Below, piece after piece: positions 1-9,239 of a stretch of 64,000 bases of DNA. The notes beneath the pieces are model-generated. The model ran no database searches and was not told the origin of the DNA. It saw nothing but the letters and a program-made list of their open reading frames with translations. The position numbers and the translations under genes are program-made. This stretch comes from an uncultured Alphaproteobacteria bacterium (GTDB taxonomy: Bacteria > Pseudomonadota > Alphaproteobacteria > HIMB59 > GCA-002718135), in contig CACBPV010000001.1 of assembly GCA_902541215.1 (NCBI GenBank), positions 6,606 to 70,605 on the forward strand, read 5' to 3'. Positions within the stretch are counted from its first letter, which is position 1; every line of letters begins with the position of its first letter.

Positions 1-1325
1 ATAGCTATTCTTTGTCTTTGACCTCCTGAAAACTCATGAGGAAATCTAAGCATGGAACTAGGTTCTAAACCAACTTCACTCATTATGTTTTCAATTTTAT
101 TTAGCCGTTCGTTTTTATCTTTCATATTAAGTGCTACAATTAATCCCTCTTCTATAATTTGTTTAACAGACAATCGTGGATTTAAAGATGCATATGGATC
201 TTGAAAAACTATCTGCATTTGATTTCTAAATGGCTTAAATTGCTTTCTAGATAAACTGTCAATTCGATCATCAAAAAACTTAATTTCACCTTCTACATCT
301 GTGTTAGATTCTCTATCAACTAACCTTAATAATGTTTGACCTAAAGTAGTTTTACCAGATCCACTTTCACCAACAATTCCAAGGGTCTCACCTTCTTTAA
401 GATAGAGACTGATATTATTAACAGCATTAATTGATAAAACTTTATTTCTACCTGATACTTTTACTTTAGTATTAAATGTTACATTAAGATTTTCTCCTGA
501 AAGTATACTTCTTCCATTTTTATCATAATGTAAATCTCTTTCTTCTGGCTCTGATGACAATAAATGTTTTGTATAATCATCTTTTGGATTTTCAAAAATT
601 TCTTTTGTAATACCTGTTTCTTTTATTTTTCCATTATACATTACACAAACTCTATCACTTATTTGTCTGACAATAGTCAGATCATGAGTAATAAATAAAA
701 TGGACATTTGATATTTTTGTTGAAGACTTTGAAGTAATTTAAGTATCTCTGTTTGAACTGTAACATCAAGAGCAGTAGTTGGCTCATCTGCAATAAGTAA
801 ATCTGGATTATTAGCTATAGCAATAGCAATCATAATTCTTTGTCTTTGTCCTCCAGACAATTGATGTGGGTATTGTGATAATCTAGACTCTGGTTCTGGA
901 ATTTGAACTTGTTTTAGTAATTCAAGACATTTCTCTTTGAGTTCTTTATCTGAAAATTTTCCATGAATTTTTAAAACCTCACTAATTTGGTTTTCAATTG
1001 TATATATTGGATTTAAAGAACTCATTGGTTCTTGAAAAATCATTGAAATATTTTTTCCTCTAATATTTTGATACTCTTTTTCAGAATAAGAATTTATATT
1101 TGTTCCATTAAATTTAATTGAAGTTTGATCAGATATTACGGCATTCTCAGCAAGTAATCGAATGATTCCTCTAGCTGTAACTGATTTTCCAGAGCCACTT
1201 TCTCCAACTAATGCCAAAGTTTCACCTTTTTTAATATCAAATGATATTCCGTTTACTGCATTAACTTCACCGCTATCAGTATTAAATTTTACGTGTAGAT
1301 TTTCTATTTCAACAAGGTTAGGCAT
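1..1325 (-). CDS. ABC transporter ATP-binding protein with two fused ABC domains (peptide/opine family, YejF / fused DppD-DppF-like). The 3' end runs off the window.
   Basis: Hand translation of the minus strand from the ATG at 1325 gives MPNLVEIENLHVKF.... Walker A VGESGSGK(S/T) occurs twice (about 1189-1208 and 355-374). The LSGGQRQR/FSGGQRQR signature also occurs twice (about 845-870 and at the window start). The start overlaps the upstream permease stop (TAATG). It is absent from the ORF track because there is no stop inside the window. Confidence 0.85.
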   Translation of the reverse strand, partial: MPNLVEIENLHVKFNTDSGEVNAVNGISFDIKKGETLALVGESGSGKSVTARGIIRLLAENAVISDQTSIKFNGTNINSYSEKEYQNIRGKNISMIFQEPMSSLNPIYTIENQISEVLKIHGKFSDKELKEKCLELLKQVQIPEPESRLSQYPHQLSGGQRQRIMIAIAIANNPDLLIADEPTTALDVTVQTEILKLLQSLQQKYQMSILFITHDLTIVRQISDRVCVMYNGKIKETGITKEIFENPKDDYTKHLLSSEPEERDLHYDKNGRSILSGENLNVTFNTKVKVSGRNKVLSINAVNNISLYLKEGETLGIVGESGSGKTTLGQTLLRLVDRESNTDVEGEIKFFDDRIDSLSRKQFKPFRNQMQIVFQDPYASLNPRLSVKQIIEEGLIVALNMKDKNERLNKIENIMSEVGLEPSSMLRFPHEFSGGQRQRIA

Positions 1326-2428
1326 TATTTTTTAGTAGTTGTTGCATAGGGATCAATTGCATCTCTCAAAGCATCGCCCAAAGCATTAAATCCTAAAACT
1401 GAAATTAAGATTGCAAATACAGGACTGAGAACCCATGGGTAACTTCCAATAGTTCGCAGATCTTGCGCAGAATTTAATTGTAGTCCCCAACTAACAAAAG
1501 GTGATTGAATCCCAAGTCCCAAAAAACTAAAAAAGCTTTCCGTTAAAATTACTGATGGTATTAATAGTGATACACTAACTATAACATGGCTTGTAACATT
1601 CGGGAGTAAATGTCGATAAATGATTCTTAAATCATTTGAACCTAATGCTTCAGCTGCTTTAATATAATCCAATCTTCTTAGTGATAGAGTTTTTCCGCGA
1701 ACTTCTCTGGATAGCTGTGCCCATCTCAATGATGATAAAATGAATGCCATAAAAATAAATATTAGAAATGGATCCATCTGTCTTGGAAGTATCGCGACAA
1801 GTGATAAATATAATGGTAAATCAGGAAAAGCTAAAGCTAGTTCTGTCACCCGTTGTGTAGCAATATCAAATTTTCCTGCAAAATAACCTGAGCTTATTCC
1901 AACTAAAATACCAATAAAAGTTGTTATACTCACTACTATAAGAGCAAATAATAATGTTACTCTACTTCCCTTAAAAATTCTTGATAACATATCTCTTCCA
2001 TATGCATCAGATCCAATAAAAAATACTTTAGATCCATCTTTGGTAGTAAATAAATGTATATCCAAATTTAATCCAAGAAATTTATATTCCCATCCTTTAG
2101 TAAAAAAATAAAGATAATTTTTTTGAGTATAATCAATCTCCATTATTGGTTCAAAAGTGTCAGGATCAAATCCTTCAATAAAGCCATAAGCAAAAGGCCT
2201 TAACGAAAAATTATTATCTTGATCAAAGAAATGTATTCCCTGAGGAGGATAGAAAACTCTATCACTATCTCTAGCTGCAGGATCATATGGTGATAAGAAA
2301 TCAGCAAAAACTGCAGTAAATATTAAAAAACTTACAAAGACCAAACCAAGTATTCCAACTCTATTTTTTAAAAATCTTTTTTTGACAAGAGAAAAATATG
2401 AATTTTGTAAATTAGAAGTTTTTTCCAT
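1325..2428 (-). CDS. ABC transporter permease (OppC/DppC-like) with an extended periplasmic loop after TM1
   Basis: Track ORF 1325..2518. I place the start at the internal Met (MEKTSNLQNSYFSLVKKRFLKNR...) at 2428, just after the upstream permease stop at 2434. The C-terminal BPD-type permease core reads ...IKAAEALGSNDLRIIYRHLLPN.... Confidence 0.8.
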   Translation of the reverse strand: MEKTSNLQNSYFSLVKKRFLKNRVGILGLVFVSFLIFTAVFADFLSPYDPAARDSDRVFYPPQGIHFFDQDNNFSLRPFAYGFIEGFDPDTFEPIMEIDYTQKNYLYFFTKGWEYKFLGLNLDIHLFTTKDGSKVFFIGSDAYGRDMLSRIFKGSRVTLLFALIVVSITTFIGILVGISSGYFAGKFDIATQRVTELALAFPDLPLYLSLVAILPRQMDPFLIFIFMAFILSSLRWAQLSREVRGKTLSLRRLDYIKAAEALGSNDLRIIYRHLLPNVTSHVIVSVSLLIPSVILTESFFSFLGLGIQSPFVSWGLQLNSAQDLRTIGSYPWVLSPVFAILISVLGFNALGDALRDAIDPYATTTKK

Positions 2429-2433
2429 AAAAT

Positions 2434-3432
2434 TTAATTCTGCCTTACGCGTGGATCTAAGATAGCTAGTAAAATATCTGCGATAATATTTCCAATTATT
2501 AATATTACTGTTAAACAAAATAAAATTGCTGCTGTAGTATAAGTGTCTTGTCTTTGAATAGATTCAACTAAAAGTGGTCCTGCAGTTGGAATAGATAAAA
2601 CAATCGCAGCTTCTAGTTCTCCCATTAACATATAAGGTAATGCAATACCTTGAAACATAACAAGAGGATGTAAAGCATTTGGAACTGCGTGACGATACAA
2701 TGTTTGATTTTCAGACAAACCTTTTGCTCTCGCAGTTTCAATATATTGCATTCGCATTACATCTAATAAATTTCCACGCATCACTCGCATATTGTATGCA
2801 AGCCCTCCAATAATTGCGATTACAAATATTGGCCAAATATGCAGTATACCGTTCCATAACTTTGCAAAAGACATAGGTTGAACTGCGTAATATGGTGAAT
2901 ACATAGAACCAGTGTTGTCAGAATTTAAAACAATTGCCAACCAATACATAATTAACAATGCCAAGAAAAAACGTGGAATTGTCATACCTAAAAAGGCAAA
3001 GACTGTAGCCACATTATCACCTAACTTGTTTTGATTTTTTGCAGCATAAATACCTATAAAAACACCAATAGTTGTAGCAAAAAAATGACAGATCAAGGCG
3101 ATAACTAAAGTTCGAGGTAATCTATCACCTAACATTTCGCTAACAGGTTTGTTGTAGTGCATGGAAAAACCAAAATCAAAATTTAGAACTATATTTTTAA
3201 TCCAATTAAAATATCTTATTATAACTGGCTCATTAAGACCGTATTTTTCTCTTAATGTTTTTGTAAGTTCTAAAGCCTGTTCTTGTGTAATATTTGCTAA
3301 AGCCTTTGTTTGACTAACATACCAAGTTGCATAATCACCTGGAGGTAACTCGATAATAAAAAAAATTATAATGCTAATTATAAAAAGAAGTGGAAGTGAA
3401 TAAAGAATTCTTCTAATTATAAATGAAAGCAT
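2434..3432 (-). CDS. ABC transporter permease (OppB/DppB-like)
   Basis: 332 aa. The N-terminus MLSFIIRRILYSLPLLFII..ELPPGDY is typical of DppB-type permeases. It contains ETARAKGLSENQTLYRHAVPNAL (EAA-like loop). Confidence 0.85.
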   Translation of the reverse strand: MLSFIIRRILYSLPLLFIISIIIFFIIELPPGDYATWYVSQTKALANITQEQALELTKTLREKYGLNEPVIIRYFNWIKNIVLNFDFGFSMHYNKPVSEMLGDRLPRTLVIALICHFFATTIGVFIGIYAAKNQNKLGDNVATVFAFLGMTIPRFFLALLIMYWLAIVLNSDNTGSMYSPYYAVQPMSFAKLWNGILHIWPIFVIAIIGGLAYNMRVMRGNLLDVMRMQYIETARAKGLSENQTLYRHAVPNALHPLVMFQGIALPYMLMGELEAAIVLSIPTAGPLLVESIQRQDTYTTAAILFCLTVILIIGNIIADILLAILDPRVRQN

Positions 3433-3442
3433 TTTTTAAAAC

Positions 3443-3467
3443 GTAAGGGGCTTTTTAAGCCCCTTAC
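3443..3467 (-). terminator. Intercistronic stem-loop between the SBP gene and the first permease gene (partial terminator / mRNA-stabilising hairpin candidate)
   Basis: GTAAGGGGC-(7 nt loop)-GCCCCTTAC is a perfect 9-bp stem with five G:C pairs in an otherwise very AT-rich spacer. On the minus strand it is followed by GTTTTAAAAAATG, the permease start. Confidence 0.45.
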
Positions 3468-3478
3468 AAAAAGGTTTA

Positions 3479-5530
3479 TTAATCAATACCAGGAACTCTT
3501 CCTGGGAATAACTCATCAAATTGATCATATTGATAAACCCAGAATTGTTCACGGATAACTGTATCTTCAGCCCATTGATAAGCAAGAACAGGCATTCCAT
3601 CAGCTAAGTTTTGAATTCTTTTATTAATCAAAAGTGCTGTAGGATATTGTACTAAACCTGGAGCATAAACATTTTCAGTGAATAACTTCTGATATTGAGA
3701 CATTAGCTGTTTAGCTTCATCTCCCTCCACACCATCTCTCCATCTTTCAAGAATTTTAACAATTTCTTTTTCAAACGGTTGTAGTTGTTGAGGATGTTCA
3801 TCTGTTCCTAAATGAGGTGTAAATGAAGTGTTTGTAATAGGGCCAATATACTCCCAAAAACCTGAATTTGGAAAAGCATACCCTTGCTCAGCTCTTCTTA
3901 TTATCCAATCAAACTCACCTGATTGTCTTGTTGGCTCTGTGTCCTCCATTGGTTTAACATTTAATTTAATTCCAACTTCAGCCATCATTGTTGCAAGACC
4001 ATCACCAATTAGTTTCTCGTTTTCACTATCCTTATTTGACGTCAAATTAATAACAAGGTCTCCACCTCCGTTAGGAAGGTTTCGAACACCATTGCCATCA
4101 GTATCAACAAGACCTAAACCATCAAGCAGAGAATTTGCTCCACCAGCGTTATAAGGGAAAAATGAAGTTGCATCAGGATCAAAGAAGGCACTGTCTCTAG
4201 CAATACCACCAGCGTATACAGTTGCAAAAGGTCCTTTAGACATAGCTTTTGCAAATGCTTTACCATCTATGGCGTGCTGAATAGCTTTTCTGAAATCTAA
4301 ATTTCTATTTAGATCTCTAATTGCAGCCATCTGATCATCTAATACACCTACACCTATAGCTTGATTCATATAGAGGTGATAACCCATAGTTCTTCCACTA
4401 AAGTTAAGTGTTGCCTGTGCATCTTCGCTTTTTGACTCTTTAACAGCCTCTAAAAATAAAGGTACATTCTCCATATTAGAGAAGTCAGCGTTACCAGCTA
4501 AGGTATCAACTGTTCTTTGACCCCATGTTTTTAATTGAAAGACCATCTCGTTCATATATGGAAGCTGTTGCCCTTTGCTATCTACTTTCCAGTAATATGG
4601 ATTTCGACGAAGTATTACAACCTCATCTTGTTTATATTCTACTGCAGTCCATGCACCCATACTTACCCATGGTAATCGTCCAGCTGGAAATGCTTGAACA
4701 TATTCATCGTAAGATGTACCACCATATTTAGGGTGATGCTCTTTAAGTAAATGCGAAGGTCCAGGACATCCATTTATGTATGCCATGGAATGCAAATTAA
4801 GTTTTGGTTCATTTTGTGGAAACGTCCACTTAATTTGAGTTGGGCTTAGAATTTCTAATGAAGTACCTTCACCCATAGTAGAAGCATTCATTCTTGTAGG
4901 AACATTCTCATCAAGTACATTATCTTCCCACCAAAAACGAACATCTTCAGAGTCAAAAGGGTCACCATCAGACCATTTTGCACCATCAATAAGATTCATA
5001 GTTAAAGAGTTTCCGTCCCATTCCCAATCAGTTGCTAGATTTGGTAAAGGATAAGAATCTTCAGCTTTTAATCTTACCATTGGACCATTTCTTGTTAGAC
5101 ATTCTTGAACTGTGTAATTAATTCCACCCCATCCTTGATGCTGTGAAGCTGTCCAGTTCCATCCTTCTGGTCTTCCACCAATAGTATGTCTAAAAGTCCC
5201 ACCATATCGACCAATACCATCTGGCATTGCGTCACCATTAAAAACTAAAGGTCTTTTTGGTAATCGTTCCCAAATCGGTGGTAGTTTACCTTCTTGAACT
5301 AGAGCACTAATGTATTCTGGCTCATATAGAAATTCAAAGTCTCCAATATCTTGATAGCTCATCAATTCATCCCTTCCGACAAATTGAACTTCTTGCATAT
5401 TTTCAATTGCAGGTGCTGATGGAAGTGCTATAGCACCTTCTGGTCTAGCAGATACATTTGTACTAGTTAATGCAAAAGTAGCAGAAGCTACACTAGCAAG
5501 TAATGTGGATCTAAATTTATTTTTTTTCAT
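3479..5530 (-). CDS. ABC transporter substrate-binding protein, family 5 (peptide/nickel/opine/alpha-galactoside type), secreted
   Basis: 683 aa. The N-terminal signal peptide is MKKNKFRSTLLASVASATFALTSTNVSA. Family-5 SBP-like segments include WSDGDPFDSEDVRFWWED and RRNPYYWKVD. A strong GGAGG Shine-Dalgarno sits 5 nt upstream of the ATG (revcomp of 5533-5541). Confidence 0.8.
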   Translation of the reverse strand: MKKNKFRSTLLASVASATFALTSTNVSARPEGAIALPSAPAIENMQEVQFVGRDELMSYQDIGDFEFLYEPEYISALVQEGKLPPIWERLPKRPLVFNGDAMPDGIGRYGGTFRHTIGGRPEGWNWTASQHQGWGGINYTVQECLTRNGPMVRLKAEDSYPLPNLATDWEWDGNSLTMNLIDGAKWSDGDPFDSEDVRFWWEDNVLDENVPTRMNASTMGEGTSLEILSPTQIKWTFPQNEPKLNLHSMAYINGCPGPSHLLKEHHPKYGGTSYDEYVQAFPAGRLPWVSMGAWTAVEYKQDEVVILRRNPYYWKVDSKGQQLPYMNEMVFQLKTWGQRTVDTLAGNADFSNMENVPLFLEAVKESKSEDAQATLNFSGRTMGYHLYMNQAIGVGVLDDQMAAIRDLNRNLDFRKAIQHAIDGKAFAKAMSKGPFATVYAGGIARDSAFFDPDATSFFPYNAGGANSLLDGLGLVDTDGNGVRNLPNGGGDLVINLTSNKDSENEKLIGDGLATMMAEVGIKLNVKPMEDTEPTRQSGEFDWIIRRAEQGYAFPNSGFWEYIGPITNTSFTPHLGTDEHPQQLQPFEKEIVKILERWRDGVEGDEAKQLMSQYQKLFTENVYAPGLVQYPTALLINKRIQNLADGMPVLAYQWAEDTVIREQFWVYQYDQFDELFPGRVPGID

Positions 5531-5611
5531 CTGTCCTCCACTTAAAATTACAGAAAACCTATAATAAAATTGGATTATTGAGAAGAACTATTTGAGATTA
5601 GATTAAGTAAT

Positions 5612-7075
5612 TTATAAATTAAATGCTTCCTTTTCAACTAAAATTGACCTTTTTTGTTGATTACGCTTTGTTTTTTTAGTCAGCCCTTTAATTGATTTAT
5701 TATATTTATAATTTTTTATTTTTTTTAGATTCTTTTTAATACTATTAATTTTTGATTGATATTGTGGTAGCCATTGTGCTTGTGCTACAAGCATCTCATC
5801 TACCATTTGCCAAACTTCCTCCGATGAACATACTGAGCTTACTAGTGGATCTTGGAGTACAGCAAGTTTTAATAATTCAATATCTCCTTTTATAGCTGCT
5901 TTTACTGCCATTCTTTGAACATCTATTGAAGTACTGCATAGAGAAGCACATTGCAGTGGTAAAGTTATTCCTTCAATCATTTGTATTCCTTTTGAATCTG
6001 CGTATCCTGTGCTTTCAATTACGCAATCATCATCTAAATTAGAAATTGTTTTTTTATTAATAACATTAAAATGTCCCCTATATTTTTTTCCAGTTTCAAT
6101 TGCTTCAATTATATAACTTCCGTGTTCAGTTGATCTTTTGTAATCTTTAAGTTGAATTCCAGAATTTTTTAAATATTTTGGATAATCCTCTACAAACCAG
6201 TTTCTTTTTTCATTACATACTCTTAAGTAACCACCTGTTTCGCCATGTATCCAATTTGAGAGGCTGCTCCATTTCCTCACATCTTTTTGTGTACGTCTAT
6301 ACCATGGTAAATATTCACTTAAATGACCGTTGCTCTCTGTAGAAAAGTATCCAAATTTATCTAAAACATCTATTCTAACTTTTTCATCTCTAGAAAATTT
6401 TTTATGTTTCTTTAACGATTTAGAAAGCTGTTCTTTTGTAATTTTTTTACCCTTATACTTTAAATCCAAATACCAAGTCATGTGATTTATACCACTGCAA
6501 GAATATTTCATTTTTCCAAATGGAATGTTTAATGAATCTTCGATTAATTTTGCACCACCTTGAACTCCATGGCAAAGACCGATTGTGTTGACTTTACCAA
6601 TTTCATTTGCTGCCCAAGTATTCATGGCCATAGGATTTGCATAATTTAAAAAGAGTGCATTTTTTTTGGCATATTTTTTTATATCTTCACAAAAATCTAA
6701 AATAACTGGAATGTTTCGCTGCCCGTACATTATGCCACCAGCACAAATTGTATCTCCTACACATTGATCGATACCATATTTCAATGGAATTGATATATCT
6801 GTTTCAAATGCTTCCAGCCCTCCTACTCTTACACAACTAATGATATATTTTGCATTCCTTATTGATTCTTTCCTAATAGGTTCAATAGTGAGTTTAGTTG
6901 GAAGGTTATTAGCTTTAATGTCTTTTTGAATTAACTCAGCTACCATCAACAAATTGCTTCTTGATATATCATGAAGAGATATTTCAATATTTTGAAGTTT
7001 TTTTACTTTTAAGATATCTCTTACTAATGTTTGGGTAAAACCAACACTACCTGCACCAAGAAATGATATTTTCAT
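5612..7075 (-). CDS. Glycoside hydrolase family 4 enzyme (NAD+/Mn2+-dependent alpha-glucosidase / alpha-galacturonidase-like) with a Lys-rich C-terminal tail
   Basis: 487 aa. The N-terminal Rossmann motif is MKISFLGAGSVGFT. GH4 metal/catalytic motifs are present: GLCHGVQG and SGINHMTWY. It is a paralogue of the 7875..9239 product. Confidence 0.8.
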   Translation of the reverse strand: MKISFLGAGSVGFTQTLVRDILKVKKLQNIEISLHDISRSNLLMVAELIQKDIKANNLPTKLTIEPIRKESIRNAKYIISCVRVGGLEAFETDISIPLKYGIDQCVGDTICAGGIMYGQRNIPVILDFCEDIKKYAKKNALFLNYANPMAMNTWAANEIGKVNTIGLCHGVQGGAKLIEDSLNIPFGKMKYSCSGINHMTWYLDLKYKGKKITKEQLSKSLKKHKKFSRDEKVRIDVLDKFGYFSTESNGHLSEYLPWYRRTQKDVRKWSSLSNWIHGETGGYLRVCNEKRNWFVEDYPKYLKNSGIQLKDYKRSTEHGSYIIEAIETGKKYRGHFNVINKKTISNLDDDCVIESTGYADSKGIQMIEGITLPLQCASLCSTSIDVQRMAVKAAIKGDIELLKLAVLQDPLVSSVCSSEEVWQMVDEMLVAQAQWLPQYQSKINSIKKNLKKIKNYKYNKSIKGLTKKTKRNQQKRSILVEKEAFNL

Positions 7076-7103
7076 ATGTTTATTTCTAAACTTCTAAATT
7101 TAT

Positions 7104-7132
7104 TTGACAATATTATTATTTATTTCTAACAT
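7104..7132 (+). promoter_or_regulatory. Sigma70-like promoter candidate for the plus-strand PhyH/GH4/PanB-like operon
   Basis: TTGACA (7104-7109), a 17-nt spacer, then TAACAT (7127-7132). The ATG at 7142 lies only about 10 nt downstream, implying a very short leader or none. This is pattern matching only. Confidence 0.3.
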
Positions 7133-7141
7133 AAAATTTAT

Positions 7142-7882
7142 ATGTCAGATTTCACAGATTTTAAAAATAATGGATACATTCTAAAAAGAAATCTTTTTTC
7201 ACAAGATGAAATATTTAAATTAACCAATTTTATTGAAAGAAATTCTGAGAAAGAAAATCAAGCAAGAGAAACTTTTAGTTCTACAGGTAAACTAAATATG
7301 ACATTATGGAATCATCCATCGGATGATTTATTTGGAAAGTTTTCTACTAATGAAAGAATAGTAAAACCAATGGAAGAATTCCTTGAGGATGAAGTTTACC
7401 ACTATCATTCAAAAATTATTTGGAAAAAACCAGGTGATGGTGGTTTTGATTGGCATCAAGACTATGGTTATTGGTATCATAATGCATGTCTTTATCCAGA
7501 TATGGGATCTTGTTTTATAATGCTAGATAAGGCCACAAAGGAAAATGGTTGTCTAAAAGTTTTAAAGGGATCTCAAAAAGTTGGAAGAATTGGCCATGGT
7601 ACTTCTGATACTCCTGAACAGACAGCTGACTTAGATAGAATTCGTGAGTTAGAAAAAAGACATGAATGTATTTATATCGAAGCTAACCCTGGTGACGCAC
7701 TTTTTTTTCATGCAAATCTTTTACATTCGTCAGAAGCAAATAATTCAAATTCTTCTAGAAGAACTCTAATAGTATGCTTTAATACTAAAACAAATAATCC
7801 GTATAAAGAAATTGGACATCCAAGGTATACTCCTTTAAAAGTCTCACATCATAATTCAATTATGGAATATCAAAATGATTAA
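7142..7882 (+). CDS. Phytanoyl-CoA dioxygenase (PhyH) family Fe(II)/2-oxoglutarate-dependent dioxygenase
   Basis: 246 aa. The HxD motif sits in FDWHQDYGYW and the distal His in FFHANLLHSSEAN. RRTLIVCF supplies a 2OG-binding Arg context. Confidence 0.7.
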   Translation: MSDFTDFKNNGYILKRNLFSQDEIFKLTNFIERNSEKENQARETFSSTGKLNMTLWNHPSDDLFGKFSTNERIVKPMEEFLEDEVYHYHSKIIWKKPGDGGFDWHQDYGYWYHNACLYPDMGSCFIMLDKATKENGCLKVLKGSQKVGRIGHGTSDTPEQTADLDRIRELEKRHECIYIEANPGDALFFHANLLHSSEANNSNSSRRTLIVCFNTKTNNPYKEIGHPRYTPLKVSHHNSIMEYQND

Positions 7883-9239
7883 ACTTACTATAATTGGAGC
7901 AGGTAGTGCTGTTTTTACAAGAAGAATAGTAACCGATCTTTTAGCTATTGAACAATTTAAAAATATGGAGATTGCATTACAAGACATTGATCCTGTAAGA
8001 TTAAAAGCATCACATGATGTAATAGATGTAATTTCAAAAAAATTAAATATTTCACCTAAAGTTACTTCTCATACAGACAGACGAGAGTCTTTAATTGGTG
8101 CAGACTTTGTTCAAACAACAATTCAAGTAGGGGGATATGAACCATCCACAGTTATAGATTTTAAAATTCCTAATGAGTTTGGATTAAGACAAACTATAGC
8201 AGATACTCTCGGTATAGGTGGAATAATGAGAGGATTACGAACTATTCCTGTTTTACTAGATATTGCAAAAGATATTATGGATATTTGTCCAAATGCTACT
8301 TGGCTGCAATACGTAAATCCAATGTGTTCAAATATGATTGCAATAAATACTGCTTTTCCTGAAATCAAAGCTATGGGTCTATGTCACTCTGTTCAAGGAA
8401 CCGCAGAAATGTTGGCAAAAGATTTAGATGAAGATATTAATAATATTGAATATCTTTGTGGCGGTATAAACCATATGGCCTTCTATAAAAAATTTGAAAA
8501 GAAAATTAATGAAAATGAAAACGAAGATTTATATCCTAGATTAAAAAAACTAGCAGATAAAATTGTCAATGATGAGAAAATATCTTCAAGAAGTAAAAAA
8601 ACGGATCATGAATCTAATAAGGTGCTTCATGAAAAAGTACGTTATGAAATTCTTAGACGATTTGGTTATTTTGTAACAGAGTCTAGTGAGCACTTTGCTG
8701 AATATGTTCCATGGTTCATAAAACAAAATAGAGATGACGTCATAAGAAAGTACAAGATACCAATAGAAGAGTATATCGATAGATGTAAAAGCAACATTAA
8801 ACTTTGGAAAGATTTGGAAAAAGATATGACTCCAATTTATGATATGCCTCTTAAAAGAAGTAATGAGTACGCATCATTTATAATGGATGGAATTGCAAAT
8901 AATAAAGAAGTTACTATCAATGCTAATGTTATGAATGATAATTTAATTGATAATTTACCAGAAAATTGCTGTGTAGAAGTCCCTGTAATAATTAATTCAA
9001 AGGGTTATAAACCTGAAAAGTTTGGTAAATTACCAGAGCAATTAGCTGCTTTAATGCGCACTAATATAAATGTACAAATACTAACTGCTGAAGCTGCTCT
9101 AACAAAAAAAAGAGAGCACATATACCATGCTGCAATGCTTGACCCTTTAACAGGTGCAAATCTTACAATTGATGAAATTTATAGCATGACCGATAAGATG
9201 ATTGAAGCACATGGCAATTATTTACCTCAATTTAATTAA
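7875..9239 (+). CDS. melA: Glycoside hydrolase family 4 alpha-galactosidase (MelA-like)
   Basis: 454 aa. Similarity along the full length to my recollection of E. coli MelA: IIGAGSAVFT, QVGGYEP, LRQTIADTLGIGGIMRGLRTIP, GLCHSVQGTAE, GGINHMAFY, GYFVTESSEHFAEYVPWFIK, LIDNLPENCCVEVP and LAALMRTNINVQ. It overlaps the PhyH gene by 8 nt. The GH4 family call is firm. Alpha-galactoside specificity is inferred. Confidence 0.75.
   Translation: MIKLTIIGAGSAVFTRRIVTDLLAIEQFKNMEIALQDIDPVRLKASHDVIDVISKKLNISPKVTSHTDRRESLIGADFVQTTIQVGGYEPSTVIDFKIPNEFGLRQTIADTLGIGGIMRGLRTIPVLLDIAKDIMDICPNATWLQYVNPMCSNMIAINTAFPEIKAMGLCHSVQGTAEMLAKDLDEDINNIEYLCGGINHMAFYKKFEKKINENENEDLYPRLKKLADKIVNDEKISSRSKKTDHESNKVLHEKVRYEILRRFGYFVTESSEHFAEYVPWFIKQNRDDVIRKYKIPIEEYIDRCKSNIKLWKDLEKDMTPIYDMPLKRSNEYASFIMDGIANNKEVTINANVMNDNLIDNLPENCCVEVPVIINSKGYKPEKFGKLPEQLAALMRTNINVQILTAEAALTKKREHIYHAAMLDPLTGANLTIDEIYSMTDKMIEAHGNYLPQFN

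Noticed and set aside
2429-2518. The 30-codon N-terminal extension of the OppC-like permease ORF overlapping the upstream permease gene
   Set aside because: An internal ATG at 2428 sits 5 nt after the upstream stop and gives a normal permease N-terminus. The extension would overlap 85 nt of conserved coding sequence.
3828-4731. Plus-strand ORFs 3828-4154 and 4525-4731 inside the SBP gene. Similar antisense or alternate-frame ORFs occur elsewhere (8123-8368, 18654-18905, 22311-22649, 31234-31434, 33414-34031, 36491-36889, 39479-39859, 49208-49396, 51235-51498, 57698-58204 and others)
   Set aside because: Each is fully contained in, and out of frame with or antisense to, a confidently identified conserved gene. 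None has a recognisable motif. I treat them as frame shadows.
3479-5530. Visibly higher G+C in the SBP gene than in, for example, the 43.5-45.3 kb orphan, as a hint of horizontal transfer
   Set aside because: Hand counts of single 60-nt lines gave about one third G+C for the SBP against about one fifth for the orphan. Conserved core genes such as carB are equally or more G+C-rich locally. The difference therefore tracks protein conservation and amino-acid usage, not foreign origin. A proper windowed GC/codon analysis would be needed.
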